A DNA stretch of 64,000 nt from Candidatus Freyarchaeum deiterrae (GTDB taxonomy: Archaea > Asgardarchaeota > Jordiarchaeia > Jordiarchaeales > Jordiarchaeaceae), in contig CP147778.1 of the NCBI GenBank assembly GCA_037305845.1, forward strand, positions 1,248,001 to 1,312,000. The letters run 5' to 3'. The translations under genes were made by a program, and so were the position numbers. The notes under the pieces were generated by a model that made no database searches, had not been told where the DNA came from, and worked only from the letters and a program-made list of their open reading frames with translations. Below, one piece after another: positions 1 to 9,068 of this stretch; position 1 is the first letter of the stretch; the number at the start of each line of letters is the position of its first letter.

Positions 1-1
1 G

Positions 2-1426
2 TATCTCGTTGAAAGGAAACCCACCATAGGAGGCCTAGCAGCTCAGCTTGACAGAACCTTCGCTACCGACGATTGTGCTATCTGAATATTGGCCCCGAAA
101 ATGGTTGAAGCCTCTAAACACCCAAACATTAAACTTTACACCTACACCGAAATCAAAAAGGTAGCCGGAAGCCCAGGTGAGTTCGTGGTCACACTGCTTA
201 AGAAACCAAGGTACGTAGACGAAACCAAATGCACGGGCTGCGGATCATGCACTGAGAAATGCCCCGTTGAGGTGCCCGACGAGTTTAACTATGGACTCGG
301 AACCAGAAAAGCGATTTACATACCCTTCTCCCAAGCTGTGCCAAAAATTGCTCTAATATCAATGGAAGACTGCAGTCAGTGTAAATCCTGCCAACGCCAG
401 TGTCTCGCGGGTGCAATAAACTACGACCAGAAACCTGAGGAGATCGATATCAAAGTGGGAGCAATAGTGGTAGCATCAGGAACAGAGGTATATGATGCAG
501 CGAAGTATGGAGACTATGGCTACGGCATCTATGAGGATGTCATAACGCAAGCTGAGCTTGAGCGAATGCTGAACCCCACAGGTCCCACAAGCGGACGGAT
601 CCTCAGAGTGTCCGACAGAAAAACGCCTAAACGCATAGTCATGATCCAATGTGTTGGATCAAGGGACGTGAAAAAGAACGCCTACTGCTCAGAAGTTTGC
701 TGCATGGTAGCTTTAAAAAACGCCAAACTCATAAAACAGGAACACCCCGAAGCCGAGGTGACAATTTGGTACATAGATATACGAGCGGTAGATGAAGGCC
801 ACGAAGAGTACTATAGAAGAACCAGAGAATACGGAATAAATTTCATCAGGGGAATGCCCGAAGTCTCATTCAACGGTAAAAGCCTAGTGGTTGAAGGTGA
901 AAACACACTCACAAATGAATTCGTGAGCATGGAGGTCGACCTAATCGTTCTCTCCACGGCAATGGTCCCATCAAAAGCGGGAACAGAACTCGGTAAAATC
1001 TTAGGCCTTGATAAGGCTGCCAGCGGTTTCCTGAAACCGTTGCACACAGGACTCAGTCCTCAAGAGACAAAGACCCGCGCAATCTTTATCTGCGGTACGG
1101 CACAGGGCCCGAAAGACATATCCTACTCTGTCTCCTCAGCCAGAGCAGCAGCCTCAGCAGCAACAGCTTGGTGTCTAGCTGGCGAGGCCAGTCTTGAGCT
1201 AATAACCCCTGTGATCATAGAGGAACTATGCGTTGGTTGCAAGAGGTGCGAGAGAAGCTGTCCCTTTGGAGCCATAAAGGTTATCGACGGTGTCGCAAAA
1301 GTGGATGAAACGATGTGCAAGGGTTGTGGAATCTGTGTCGCTTCCTGCCCCGCACACGCATTGGATCTCAGATATTATCGCGATAAACAAATACGAGAAG
1401 AGGTAGCAGCTACTATAAAAACTTAA
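2..1426 (+). CDS. hdrA: Heterodisulfide reductase subunit A-like flavoprotein, selenocysteine-containing (5' partial)
   Basis: Frame is open from position 2: YLVERKPTIGGLAAQLDRTFATDDCAI-TGA(83-85)-ILAPKM, matching the HdrA motif DCxxCxLxPKM. Downstream CxxCxxCxxxCP clusters, QCVGSRD, YCSxVCC and GPKDI. Confidence 0.95.
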
Positions 1427-1427
1427 G

Positions 1428-1503
1428 CGTCCTTATGCCTAATGAGTCCATCAGCAAAAGCCCTGCCTGGTGGATGAAAGCTCTGGTAGCAACCAGAAGG
1501 ACG
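1428..1503 (+). promoter_or_regulatory. SECIS-like element 3' of hdrA (eukaryote-type core)
   Basis: ATGA 1442-1445; helix GTCCATCAG 1446-1454 / CTGGTGGAT 1467-1475; AAAA 1456-1459; GA 1476-1477; closing helix CGTCCTT/AAGGACG. Confidence 0.85.
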
Positions 1504-1545
1504 AAAAACAATTATTTAAAAAAAGTGTATGTTGGAGGAAAACAG

Positions 1546-1974
1546 TTGACCTATCAAGTTGTGATGTATGCGTGTTGGAAATGAGGTTATGGAGCAGCCG
1601 ATCTGACAGGTGTTTCCAGACTATCGTACGATACCGCTATTAGAATTGTCCGTTTAAGGTGCACCGGACGACTTGACAGCTCACTACTGCTTGAGCCAAT
1701 TTGCAATGGCGCAGATGGTGTAATGGTAGTCGGATGCCATATCGGCGAGTGTGACTTTGAAAAAGGAAACATTATGGCAGAAAAACACGTCAAATTTGTT
1801 AAAAGAATACTTGAGAGACGCGGACTCGGCGGAGATAGAGTAAACATATACTATTGTTCAGCAGCTGAAGTCGGCCGATTCAAAGAATCCATTGATGACA
1901 TGATGAAGAAACTTGAGAAGCTTGGACCCAACCCCATACGCGAGCAAAAAATAATTACGGTTACCCCTGAATGA
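1546..1974 (+). CDS. mvhD: Hydrogenase iron-sulfur subunit MvhD/VhuD, selenocysteine-containing
   Basis: GGAGGA at 1534-1539, TTG start 1546: MTYQVVMYACWK-TGA(1582-1584)-GYGAADLTGVSRLSY...RLRCTGRLD...GADGVMVVGCHIGEC. In frame with track ORF 1723..1974. Confidence 0.93.
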
Positions 1975-2041
1975 TTCCGAATCAGTAAATCTCGAAAGGT
2001 TCGGAGGACAATCCTCGTAAGCGGAGGATTAGGTAACTGTA
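1956..2041 (+). promoter_or_regulatory. SECIS-like element at the 3' end of mvhD
   Basis: ATGA 1971-1974; helix TTCCGAATC 1975-1983 / GGTTCGGAG 1998-2006; AAA 1987-1989; GA 2007-2008; closing helix TACGGTTACC/GGTAACTGTA. Confidence 0.85.
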
Positions 2042-2071
2042 CTGCAAGTTATTTGAACGGAGGATAAACAA

Positions 2072-3520
2072 TTGGTAAAAAATTTGAAGGACGAACTGGA
2101 TGCAACATTAGAAGCCGTAAACAGTTTCAGGGTACGCGCATGGTTAGAAGGAGAAAAAGAAATTCTTGAGTGCGGCAAATTAACACATGAGGAATGGGAA
2201 AAACTCCTAGATTATTTTGTAGACGATGAAACAGAGCGAAGAAAAGTTTTGATAACTCTAAAAAAGTTAGGGAATGCGACTTTACCCCAACTAGAACAAG
2301 AATTAGGAATACCTAATTTTAATATTAGAAAGCACCTCCGACTTTTGGAATACGAAAAGTTAGTTGAAAGAAGTGATGAAAGTAAGGGTGATTCTGAAAC
2401 AGTCTATAAACCCGCTTTAAAGTCGGAACTGTCAAAAACCCCTTATGAAAAAATCAAGTTTATTGTGGATGAAAAGCTCTGCGCAGACTGTGGAGCTTGC
2501 GTAAGCTTTTGTCCGGTTAATGCAATAACAATTGTGGATGAAGCCCCCGTAATTGATGAGAACAAATGTATTGGATGTGGAATTTGCAACTATGTAGCCT
2601 GCCCCAGAACTTTCCTTTTTCTGGACCTTATGAGAGATTATATAAAGGGGGCGTCCTGCAATCTGGAGCAGGAACCTATAGCATCTTATAAAAACGCGTT
2701 CTCAGCCCAAACTAAAAGGGAAGAAATAAGAAAGGTTTGCCAAGATGGAGGCATAGTCACATCTCTCCTAACCTACCTTTTTGATCATAAATTGATAGAT
2801 GGTGTTTTAGCAGTTAAAAAGACGGGAGAAAACTGGGTATCGGAACCCGTCGTCATAACAAACAAAGAGGAACTGCTTCAAACAGCAGGTACAAAGTACG
2901 AGGTTACCCCCACGCTTGTTGGACTTGAAAAAGCCAAAAAAATGGGGCTTAAAAAAATTGCTGTAGCGGGAACCCCCTGCCAAATTCAAGCGGTTAGAAA
3001 GTCCCAAGTCTTTTCAGACAGGTTACAAGAACTCATGGGTGACATCGCATTTATAATAGGAATATTCTGTATGGAAAACTTTGCGTATCAGACTATGAAG
3101 AAAATTTCTGAGGAGTACTGCAAGGTTAGCCTAGAAAACGCCCGTAAGATGGACATAAACAAGGGGCAATTCTCAGTACATTCCAAAACAGGCGAAAAGA
3201 CATCGGTACCAGTTAAAGAGGTAACAAGCCTAGCGAGAGAAGCTTGCCACATATGCCCAGACCTTACAAACGAGCTCGCAGACATATCAGTGGGCTCCAT
3301 TGGATCGCCACCCGGCTGGTCAACTGTCCTCATTAGAACAGAAAGAGGAAAGGAAGTTTTTCAAAAGGCTCAGGATGAGGGATACCTGACCTCAAAGCCA
3401 TTGGAGGAAGCGGAAACAGGATTACCCATGGTGATAAAACTAGCAAAAGGGAAAAGAAAAAGAAACCTGGAAAAACTAGAATCTAAAAGAGCAGAGGGAA
3501 AATATGCCACCTGCTTTTAA
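2072..3520 (+). CDS. FrhB/FdhB-family F420-binding subunit with N-terminal helical and winged-HTH region and 2x[4Fe-4S] domain
   Basis: QDGGIVTSLL, AGTKY, GTPCQI, GIFCME, CHICPD, ADISVGSIGS. HTH-like ATLPQLEQELGIPNFNIRKHLRLLEYEKLVE. SD GGAGGA before TTG. Confidence 0.85.
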   Translation: MVKNLKDELDATLEAVNSFRVRAWLEGEKEILECGKLTHEEWEKLLDYFVDDETERRKVLITLKKLGNATLPQLEQELGIPNFNIRKHLRLLEYEKLVERSDESKGDSETVYKPALKSELSKTPYEKIKFIVDEKLCADCGACVSFCPVNAITIVDEAPVIDENKCIGCGICNYVACPRTFLFLDLMRDYIKGASCNLEQEPIASYKNAFSAQTKREEIRKVCQDGGIVTSLLTYLFDHKLIDGVLAVKKTGENWVSEPVVITNKEELLQTAGTKYEVTPTLVGLEKAKKMGLKKIAVAGTPCQIQAVRKSQVFSDRLQELMGDIAFIIGIFCMENFAYQTMKKISEEYCKVSLENARKMDINKGQFSVHSKTGEKTSVPVKEVTSLAREACHICPDLTNELADISVGSIGSPPGWSTVLIRTERGKEVFQKAQDEGYLTSKPLEEAETGLPMVIKLAKGKRKRNLEKLESKRAEGKYATCF

Positions 3521-3567
3521 TTCTATCTTTCAATAATAAGATATGCCTCGGAGGGCACTCTCGTCGT

Positions 3568-4839
3568 TTATTTTAGTTCTACTTCAAATTCGCAGTATTC
3601 GTCTCCCTTTGCTATGCACTTTGTTTCTCTGCACTTCCACTCCTTCTTTGTGGCTACCTGAAGAGTTCCGGCAAGAGCCCCCTCAATAAAAGTGCATACC
3701 GGATAATCCGAGTGACCGTATGATAAAGCGATCGTAGAAATAAAGGTTAATTTTAGTTTGCCCTCGTCAATACTTCCTTCCATTGAAAACGGTCTACCCC
3801 ATCCTGTGACCGTGATATATTTTATAACTTCTTCTAAGAGTTTTTTGTTGTTTATCTGGCGTTCAGATTCAATAAAACTGGATACGCTTATTCCCACACG
3901 TAAACCCGAATCGAAAATTATTCGTCGATACTCTTCATAGATGAGTAAACTTTTCATGGTTTCAAGAGGTAATGTGAAAACCTGTATTGGAGCGATGACA
4001 TGATTCCAACCGAACAACGAAACTTGTCCTAATTCGTTAAACGACATACCTTCTTTCAACTCATCAAAAGAGTCGTACAATGGGAATAGTGTGATGAAGT
4101 TGTCATGGGTGAATAAATACGCAAGTCTCTGATTCAGAATTTTATGAGCTTCACTCACTAAAGGAGTTCTTGAAACATGTACGTATGATTGCTTTTTATC
4201 ACCGATTGTTTCAAATCCAAGGTTTATTGCATAATCAACAAGGTGATTTAATGTGTTAATTACCTGTGGTTCATGAACATCACGATTTGCTATTCCTAAA
4301 AGTATACCGCCTTCTCTTTTAGTATCCATGGTTAGTTTTCGAATCATCTTTAAAACAGTTTTCGAATCGAAGTCAATAATTGAAGAACTTATATTTGCAT
4401 AAATAACAAGTATTGTTAGGTCTGGAAACAGCTGTTTGATTTGGTTTTTTGCGCCGTTTATTTCATAAATAATGCTATTTAGGTCATTCGCTATCCCTCT
4501 AATATTTTTAATACTACTATAGGTAGCGTTGGTTTTATTTTCGCCTGAAACCAAATCCAAGTAATAGAACCTGCCATCGTTTATAGAATTTTGAAATGCT
4601 GCATTCTTCTCATCGGAATAATTCTTCTTAAACTGCCTCTGAACTATATTGAAGGGCAAATTTGTATTAATAGTTATAACCGCCCCACCCTTCTCCACAA
4701 AATTCAAAGCAAGTAAGCCCGCAAGCCTATTTGCATCGTTTAGTGAAAAGGAATCAGAAGCCAACAAAATTGACAAACCATCATACAGGCGCCCTAAAGT
4801 TTTATCAATGTAATCAATTCCCGTTTTACGAATCTTCAA
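3568..4839 (-). CDS. KaiC/RecA-like (degenerate P-loop) plus V4R domain protein, paralog 1
   Basis: N-terminal KTGIDYIDKTLG; C-terminal GWG...YPVC..IEG..G...CRETKCIAKGDEYCEFE. TTG start chosen after GAGGG (track start 4872). Confidence 0.75.
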   Translation of the reverse strand: MKIRKTGIDYIDKTLGRLYDGLSILLASDSFSLNDANRLAGLLALNFVEKGGAVITINTNLPFNIVQRQFKKNYSDEKNAAFQNSINDGRFYYLDLVSGENKTNATYSSIKNIRGIANDLNSIIYEINGAKNQIKQLFPDLTILVIYANISSSIIDFDSKTVLKMIRKLTMDTKREGGILLGIANRDVHEPQVINTLNHLVDYAINLGFETIGDKKQSYVHVSRTPLVSEAHKILNQRLAYLFTHDNFITLFPLYDSFDELKEGMSFNELGQVSLFGWNHVIAPIQVFTLPLETMKSLLIYEEYRRIIFDSGLRVGISVSSFIESERQINNKKLLEEVIKYITVTGWGRPFSMEGSIDEGKLKLTFISTIALSYGHSDYPVCTFIEGALAGTLQVATKKEWKCRETKCIAKGDEYCEFEVELK

Positions 4840-4937
4840 AACTAATCCCTCTCTCAATCCATTAAAAAACAAGTAATATAAATATTATCTTTTTTCCATT
4901 GGTAGATAAATAGATAGAACACCAAATTCGCGAATAC

Positions 4938-6209
4938 TTATTTTTCAACTTCTGCTTCAAATTCACATAACTCATCACCAGTCGCTATACAGTTTGTTTC
5001 TCTGCAAAACCACTTGTTTCCTGTAACGCCTTCTAAAATACCTGCCATAATGCTCTCAAATATCAGACTAACTTTATGATCAGATTTTCCGTAGTAAAGT
5101 GCAAATGTTTCAAAATAAGATATTTTGAGTCTACCAGACTCTAGACTTCCCTCCTTTTTGATTAGTCTTCCCCACCCTCGAATTAGTATATGGTTTATTG
5201 CTGCGTCTAGCAATTCATTTCCCTCTAGGCCATATTCTGATCTAAATAATTTTGTAATTTCCAGACCCACCGCTTTACCGAAATTTTTTATGAATTCTCC
5301 GCATTCATTTATTTCCAAATTTTTCTCAAGCTCTTTATACAATAATAAGAAAGTGTTTAGAGGTATAATCAAATATTCTATATTATGGATTGAAAGTGCT
5401 CCGCTCTCCCGATAAGAAATACTTCTTTTCAACTCATCAAAAACTGGAGCCAGAGAGGGAATTGTTGAGAAATTATTTTCAGAAATGGTATAAGCATATC
5501 TTTGTTGTAAATTTGTTATATTTGACTCTAAAATTGGGGATTTCAACACTTGAATATATGGTTGTTTTACTCCTCCATTTTCTACCGAACTGAGTTCTAC
5601 TACAAAGTCCGCAAAGTGCATTAATGTGTTTATTACGCGGTAATCATGCAAGTCGCGATTAACGAAGCCAGTGATAAGATATCCTTTTTGCTTTGCATTT
5701 GTTGTCAGCTTTCTAAACATTTTTAAAACGGGTCCTGGGCCAAAATCAATGATGGAGGAACTAAAATTCTGGTACGAAACCAAAACGGGGGTTTCTGGAA
5801 AACTTTTTTTGATCTGATCCCTTAAAAAAAGAATTTCGTACATGATTTTATTCTGATCGTTATTTATTCTGATTATACCTTTAAGATTATTCAAATCCTC
5901 CTTGGAAGCTTCCTCCGAAGCGATATCTACATAGTAAAACCTACCTTCATCCAAACTTTTTTCTAAAAAAGGAAGTTCTTCCGCCGCAAACCTACTTTTA
6001 GTATCATCAAAAAGCATGGAAAATGGTAGGCTTGTACTTACAAAGATACAACCTGCTCCTTGTTTAATGTGGTTTAGATTAATTAAATCGCAGAGAGTTA
6101 TCGTATCGTTGAGAGTCAAAGAATCGCATATGAACAATATTGAAGTACATTCATCTAGATTGCCCAGAGCCTCGTCTATAAAATTTATTAAAGTTTTTTC
6201 TATCTTCAA
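4938..6209 (-). CDS. KaiC-like pseudo-ATPase plus V4R domain protein, paralog 2
   Basis: Same motifs (GRFYYVD, NFSSSIIDF, VLKMFRKL, GWG, CRETNCIATGDELCEFE). Confidence 0.75.
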   Translation of the reverse strand: MKIEKTLINFIDEALGNLDECTSILFICDSLTLNDTITLCDLINLNHIKQGAGCIFVSTSLPFSMLFDDTKSRFAAEELPFLEKSLDEGRFYYVDIASEEASKEDLNNLKGIIRINNDQNKIMYEILFLRDQIKKSFPETPVLVSYQNFSSSIIDFGPGPVLKMFRKLTTNAKQKGYLITGFVNRDLHDYRVINTLMHFADFVVELSSVENGGVKQPYIQVLKSPILESNITNLQQRYAYTISENNFSTIPSLAPVFDELKRSISYRESGALSIHNIEYLIIPLNTFLLLYKELEKNLEINECGEFIKNFGKAVGLEITKLFRSEYGLEGNELLDAAINHILIRGWGRLIKKEGSLESGRLKISYFETFALYYGKSDHKVSLIFESIMAGILEGVTGNKWFCRETNCIATGDELCEFEAEVEK

Positions 6210-6244
6210 ACATATACCTCATTAAGTTTCAATTCATGAATAGT

Positions 6245-7531
6245 TCACTGATTTTCAATAAGCTTCAATTCAAATTTGCATTTTTTGTTTCCCATGGCGA
6301 TACATTCCTTTTCCGTACAACTCCAACTGAGTGAAGTAATTTCTTTCAAGATTCCTTGAAGAATTCCTCCTTCCAACACGCAAACAGGATAATCGGATTC
6401 TCCATAATTAGCCGCAAATATAGAAAAGGCTTCTAAAGTTATCCTTTTGGATTTAATATTTCCCTCCAAAATGTTGAACTTACCCCAACCGGTAATTGAG
6501 AGGTGATTTAATGCAGCTTTAAAAAGTTCTTCGGCGTTTAGATCAAATTGGGGGGATAATGCTTTTATGATAAGTGTTCCTATCGAACCACCTACCCTTC
6601 CAATTATTTTAGTGTATTCGCTTTTTCCAAGTTTTTTTTCAGACTCTTTTAAGAGATGTAGTAAACTCCATATTTCGATAATAACATAATTTGTACCGTA
6701 AGCGGTGACCTCTCCTCTTTCAAGATAGGAAATATTTTCCTTTAACTCTTCGAAGGTTGTAGGAAGAGAGGGGATTGTATAAAAGTTATCTTCCGAAATT
6801 TCATAAGCGATTTTTTTGTAAAGGCTTTTTTCGGTGTCCTTCAACAGGGGAGTTCTATTTACTGACACGTAGGGTTGCTTTTTACCGCCGAGTATATCTA
6901 TTCCAAATTCAAGTATATAATCGGTAAAGTGAGTGATGGAATTGGTTACATTCTGCTCTTGCATTTCTCGATTCAAGATACCAAGAAATAAATCACTCCC
7001 TTGCTTAACATTCAAAATCAGTTTTCTTATCATGTTTAATACGACTTGAGGCTCAAAATCCACAATCAGGGAACTGATATTTGTGTGTAAAATTAGAACG
7101 GGGGCGTCTGAAAAGATTTTTTTGATTTGATTCTTTGCATTTAAAATTTCATACACTATTCGAGGAGGATCATTTACAACTTCCGTTATAAACTCTGAAT
7201 AATTGAACTTCTGGGTACTAACGGTTTCCTCTACAACAATATTAAGAAAATGCAATCTCCCTTCATTCATAGCCTTCTGAAGAATAAGCCTTTTCGCGGG
7301 CGATTGAAAATATAATGTTTCATTTACCGCCAAAGAGAAGGGAAGATTTTCATAAATAAGAACGCACCCCCCACCCTTTTCCAAAATGTTCAACGCTATT
7401 AAACTTCCAAGCTTCTGAGCATCATCTGCCGTAGCTGAGTCCGTGGAAAACATTATGGGTAAACCATCATAAAGAACACCGAGGGTTTGATCCACAAATT
7501 CTATTCCAATGTTTTGAATTTTCAATTCCAC
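6245..7531 (-). CDS. KaiC-like pseudo-ATPase plus V4R domain protein, paralog 3
   Basis: NISSLIVDF, VLNMIRKL, TGWG, YPVC, CTEKECIAMGNKKCKFE; SD GAGGAG. Confidence 0.75.
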   Translation of the reverse strand: MELKIQNIGIEFVDQTLGVLYDGLPIMFSTDSATADDAQKLGSLIALNILEKGGGCVLIYENLPFSLAVNETLYFQSPAKRLILQKAMNEGRLHFLNIVVEETVSTQKFNYSEFITEVVNDPPRIVYEILNAKNQIKKIFSDAPVLILHTNISSLIVDFEPQVVLNMIRKLILNVKQGSDLFLGILNREMQEQNVTNSITHFTDYILEFGIDILGGKKQPYVSVNRTPLLKDTEKSLYKKIAYEISEDNFYTIPSLPTTFEELKENISYLERGEVTAYGTNYVIIEIWSLLHLLKESEKKLGKSEYTKIIGRVGGSIGTLIIKALSPQFDLNAEELFKAALNHLSITGWGKFNILEGNIKSKRITLEAFSIFAANYGESDYPVCVLEGGILQGILKEITSLSWSCTEKECIAMGNKKCKFELKLIENQ

Positions 7532-7591
7532 ATCTCCTCAGAATAGGCAATAAAAGATAATCTGAAGTTGTTAAAAAAAATTAATGTTTGT

Positions 7592-8863
7592 TCAGGATTC
7601 TATCTGAGCCAATTCAAACTCGCAGTAATCATCGCCCATAGCTATGCACTTTGTTTCCTTACAAACCCATTTTTTCCCCGTGATTTCTTCAACAAGTCCC
7701 AGCAGGCTGCCCTCTATCAATACATCCACGGGCTTGTTTGATTTATCCCATTTTTCAGCTAGTGACGAATGGACCCGAATTTTTATTTTACCAGATTCAA
7801 GAGTTCCCTCAATACTTAATAGCCTACCATAGCCTCTAGCACCGCCGTACTTAATAGTTAACAGCAGTAAGCGATCATCTTTTATTTTGAATTCAGATTC
7901 AACCGCTCTAACGTTTTTGACCACAAATTCTCTACCTAGTTCTAAAATCGTTTTTCTATATAGTTCGTAATCAATATTTTTTTCCATGGCTTTTAGAAGT
8001 TCCGTTGTAAATTGGACTGGAAGTACAAGGTTTTGGGTTCCTAGTATTGAAACCTCTCCTTTTTGATAAAAAACCTGCCCATCTTCTAATTCATCTAGGT
8101 AGAAAGATATGGGTGAAAAGGTTTCAAACTTGTTCCCAGAAATGTAATATGTAAGTTTTTTAAACAGAATTCTTTTAGAAAATCCCACTATTGGTGTTTT
8201 AGTGACTTGAAAATAAGGACGCGGTGAATCGCCCTTTAATTCTAATCCAAACTCACCAGTATAGCTCGAAAATTGTTTCAGGATATTTGTTATTTCCGAT
8301 TCATGAACATCTCTGTTTACCAGCCCGATAAAGATGTCACTGTCCTGTTTTATTTTCGCAATCAGTTTTCGTAACATCTTTAAAACAGCTTTTGAATCAA
8401 AATCAATTATGGAAGAGCTTATATTATGATACAAGACAATAATTTTAGAATCAGGAAACTTCTCCTTAGTTCTATCCATTGCTTGGCTAGCTTCGTACAA
8501 TATCATATCCAAATCGTTTTTAACCAGTTTAACGCCACTAACTTCAGTTTTACCGGATTGCCCTTTATTAGATGTTAAATCTAGATAAGTGAAACGCCCT
8601 TCATTCATTGCTTTTACTAAAGCAGGAAATTTCTCAGGCAGAAAAAGTTGTTTAAATTTTTGACGACCTAAAAAATAGGGTTCATCTGTTTGAACTGCCA
8701 CGCAGGACATCCCCTGATCTATCAAATTAAGGGTAACTGACAGACTAAGCATCATCGCGTCGTTTAGCGTAGAAGAGTCTGCAGTAAAAAGCAGCACCTG
8801 CCCTCCGGAAATTTTACCCAAAGAAAAGTCTATAACGGGTATCTTAGTATCAATTACCTCCAA
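7592..8863 (-). CDS. KaiC-like pseudo-ATPase plus V4R domain protein, paralog 4
   Basis: GRFTYLD, NISSSIIDF, VLKMLRKL, RGYG, CKETKCIAMGDDYCEFE. Confidence 0.75.
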   Translation of the reverse strand: MEVIDTKIPVIDFSLGKISGGQVLLFTADSSTLNDAMMLSLSVTLNLIDQGMSCVAVQTDEPYFLGRQKFKQLFLPEKFPALVKAMNEGRFTYLDLTSNKGQSGKTEVSGVKLVKNDLDMILYEASQAMDRTKEKFPDSKIIVLYHNISSSIIDFDSKAVLKMLRKLIAKIKQDSDIFIGLVNRDVHESEITNILKQFSSYTGEFGLELKGDSPRPYFQVTKTPIVGFSKRILFKKLTYYISGNKFETFSPISFYLDELEDGQVFYQKGEVSILGTQNLVLPVQFTTELLKAMEKNIDYELYRKTILELGREFVVKNVRAVESEFKIKDDRLLLLTIKYGGARGYGRLLSIEGTLESGKIKIRVHSSLAEKWDKSNKPVDVLIEGSLLGLVEEITGKKWVCKETKCIAMGDDYCEFELAQIES

Positions 8864-9068
8864 AATGCCACCATCTCAGACATTTTAATTATATATATTA
8901 TGTGAAATTATATATGTACTATTATCATTTTCATTATAAAAAATTTGAGTATAGCGCATAATAATTTGAGGAGATGTATTATTATGAGTTGATAGAGTGA
9001 TTTTTAAAATATCTTATTAAAAATAAAGCACGGAGAGGTAAAGATAAAACTATTTGGGAATTGTTGAC

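Noticed and set aside
83-1584. Genome-wide UGA reassignment, or hdrA/mvhD as pseudogenes
   Set aside because: TGA terminates many intact genes here, both internal TGAs sit at conserved Cys sites, and each gene has a SECIS-like element; Sec recoding fits better.
1723-1974. Track ORF of 83 aa as a complete gene
   Set aside because: It is the 3' part of mvhD starting at 1546.
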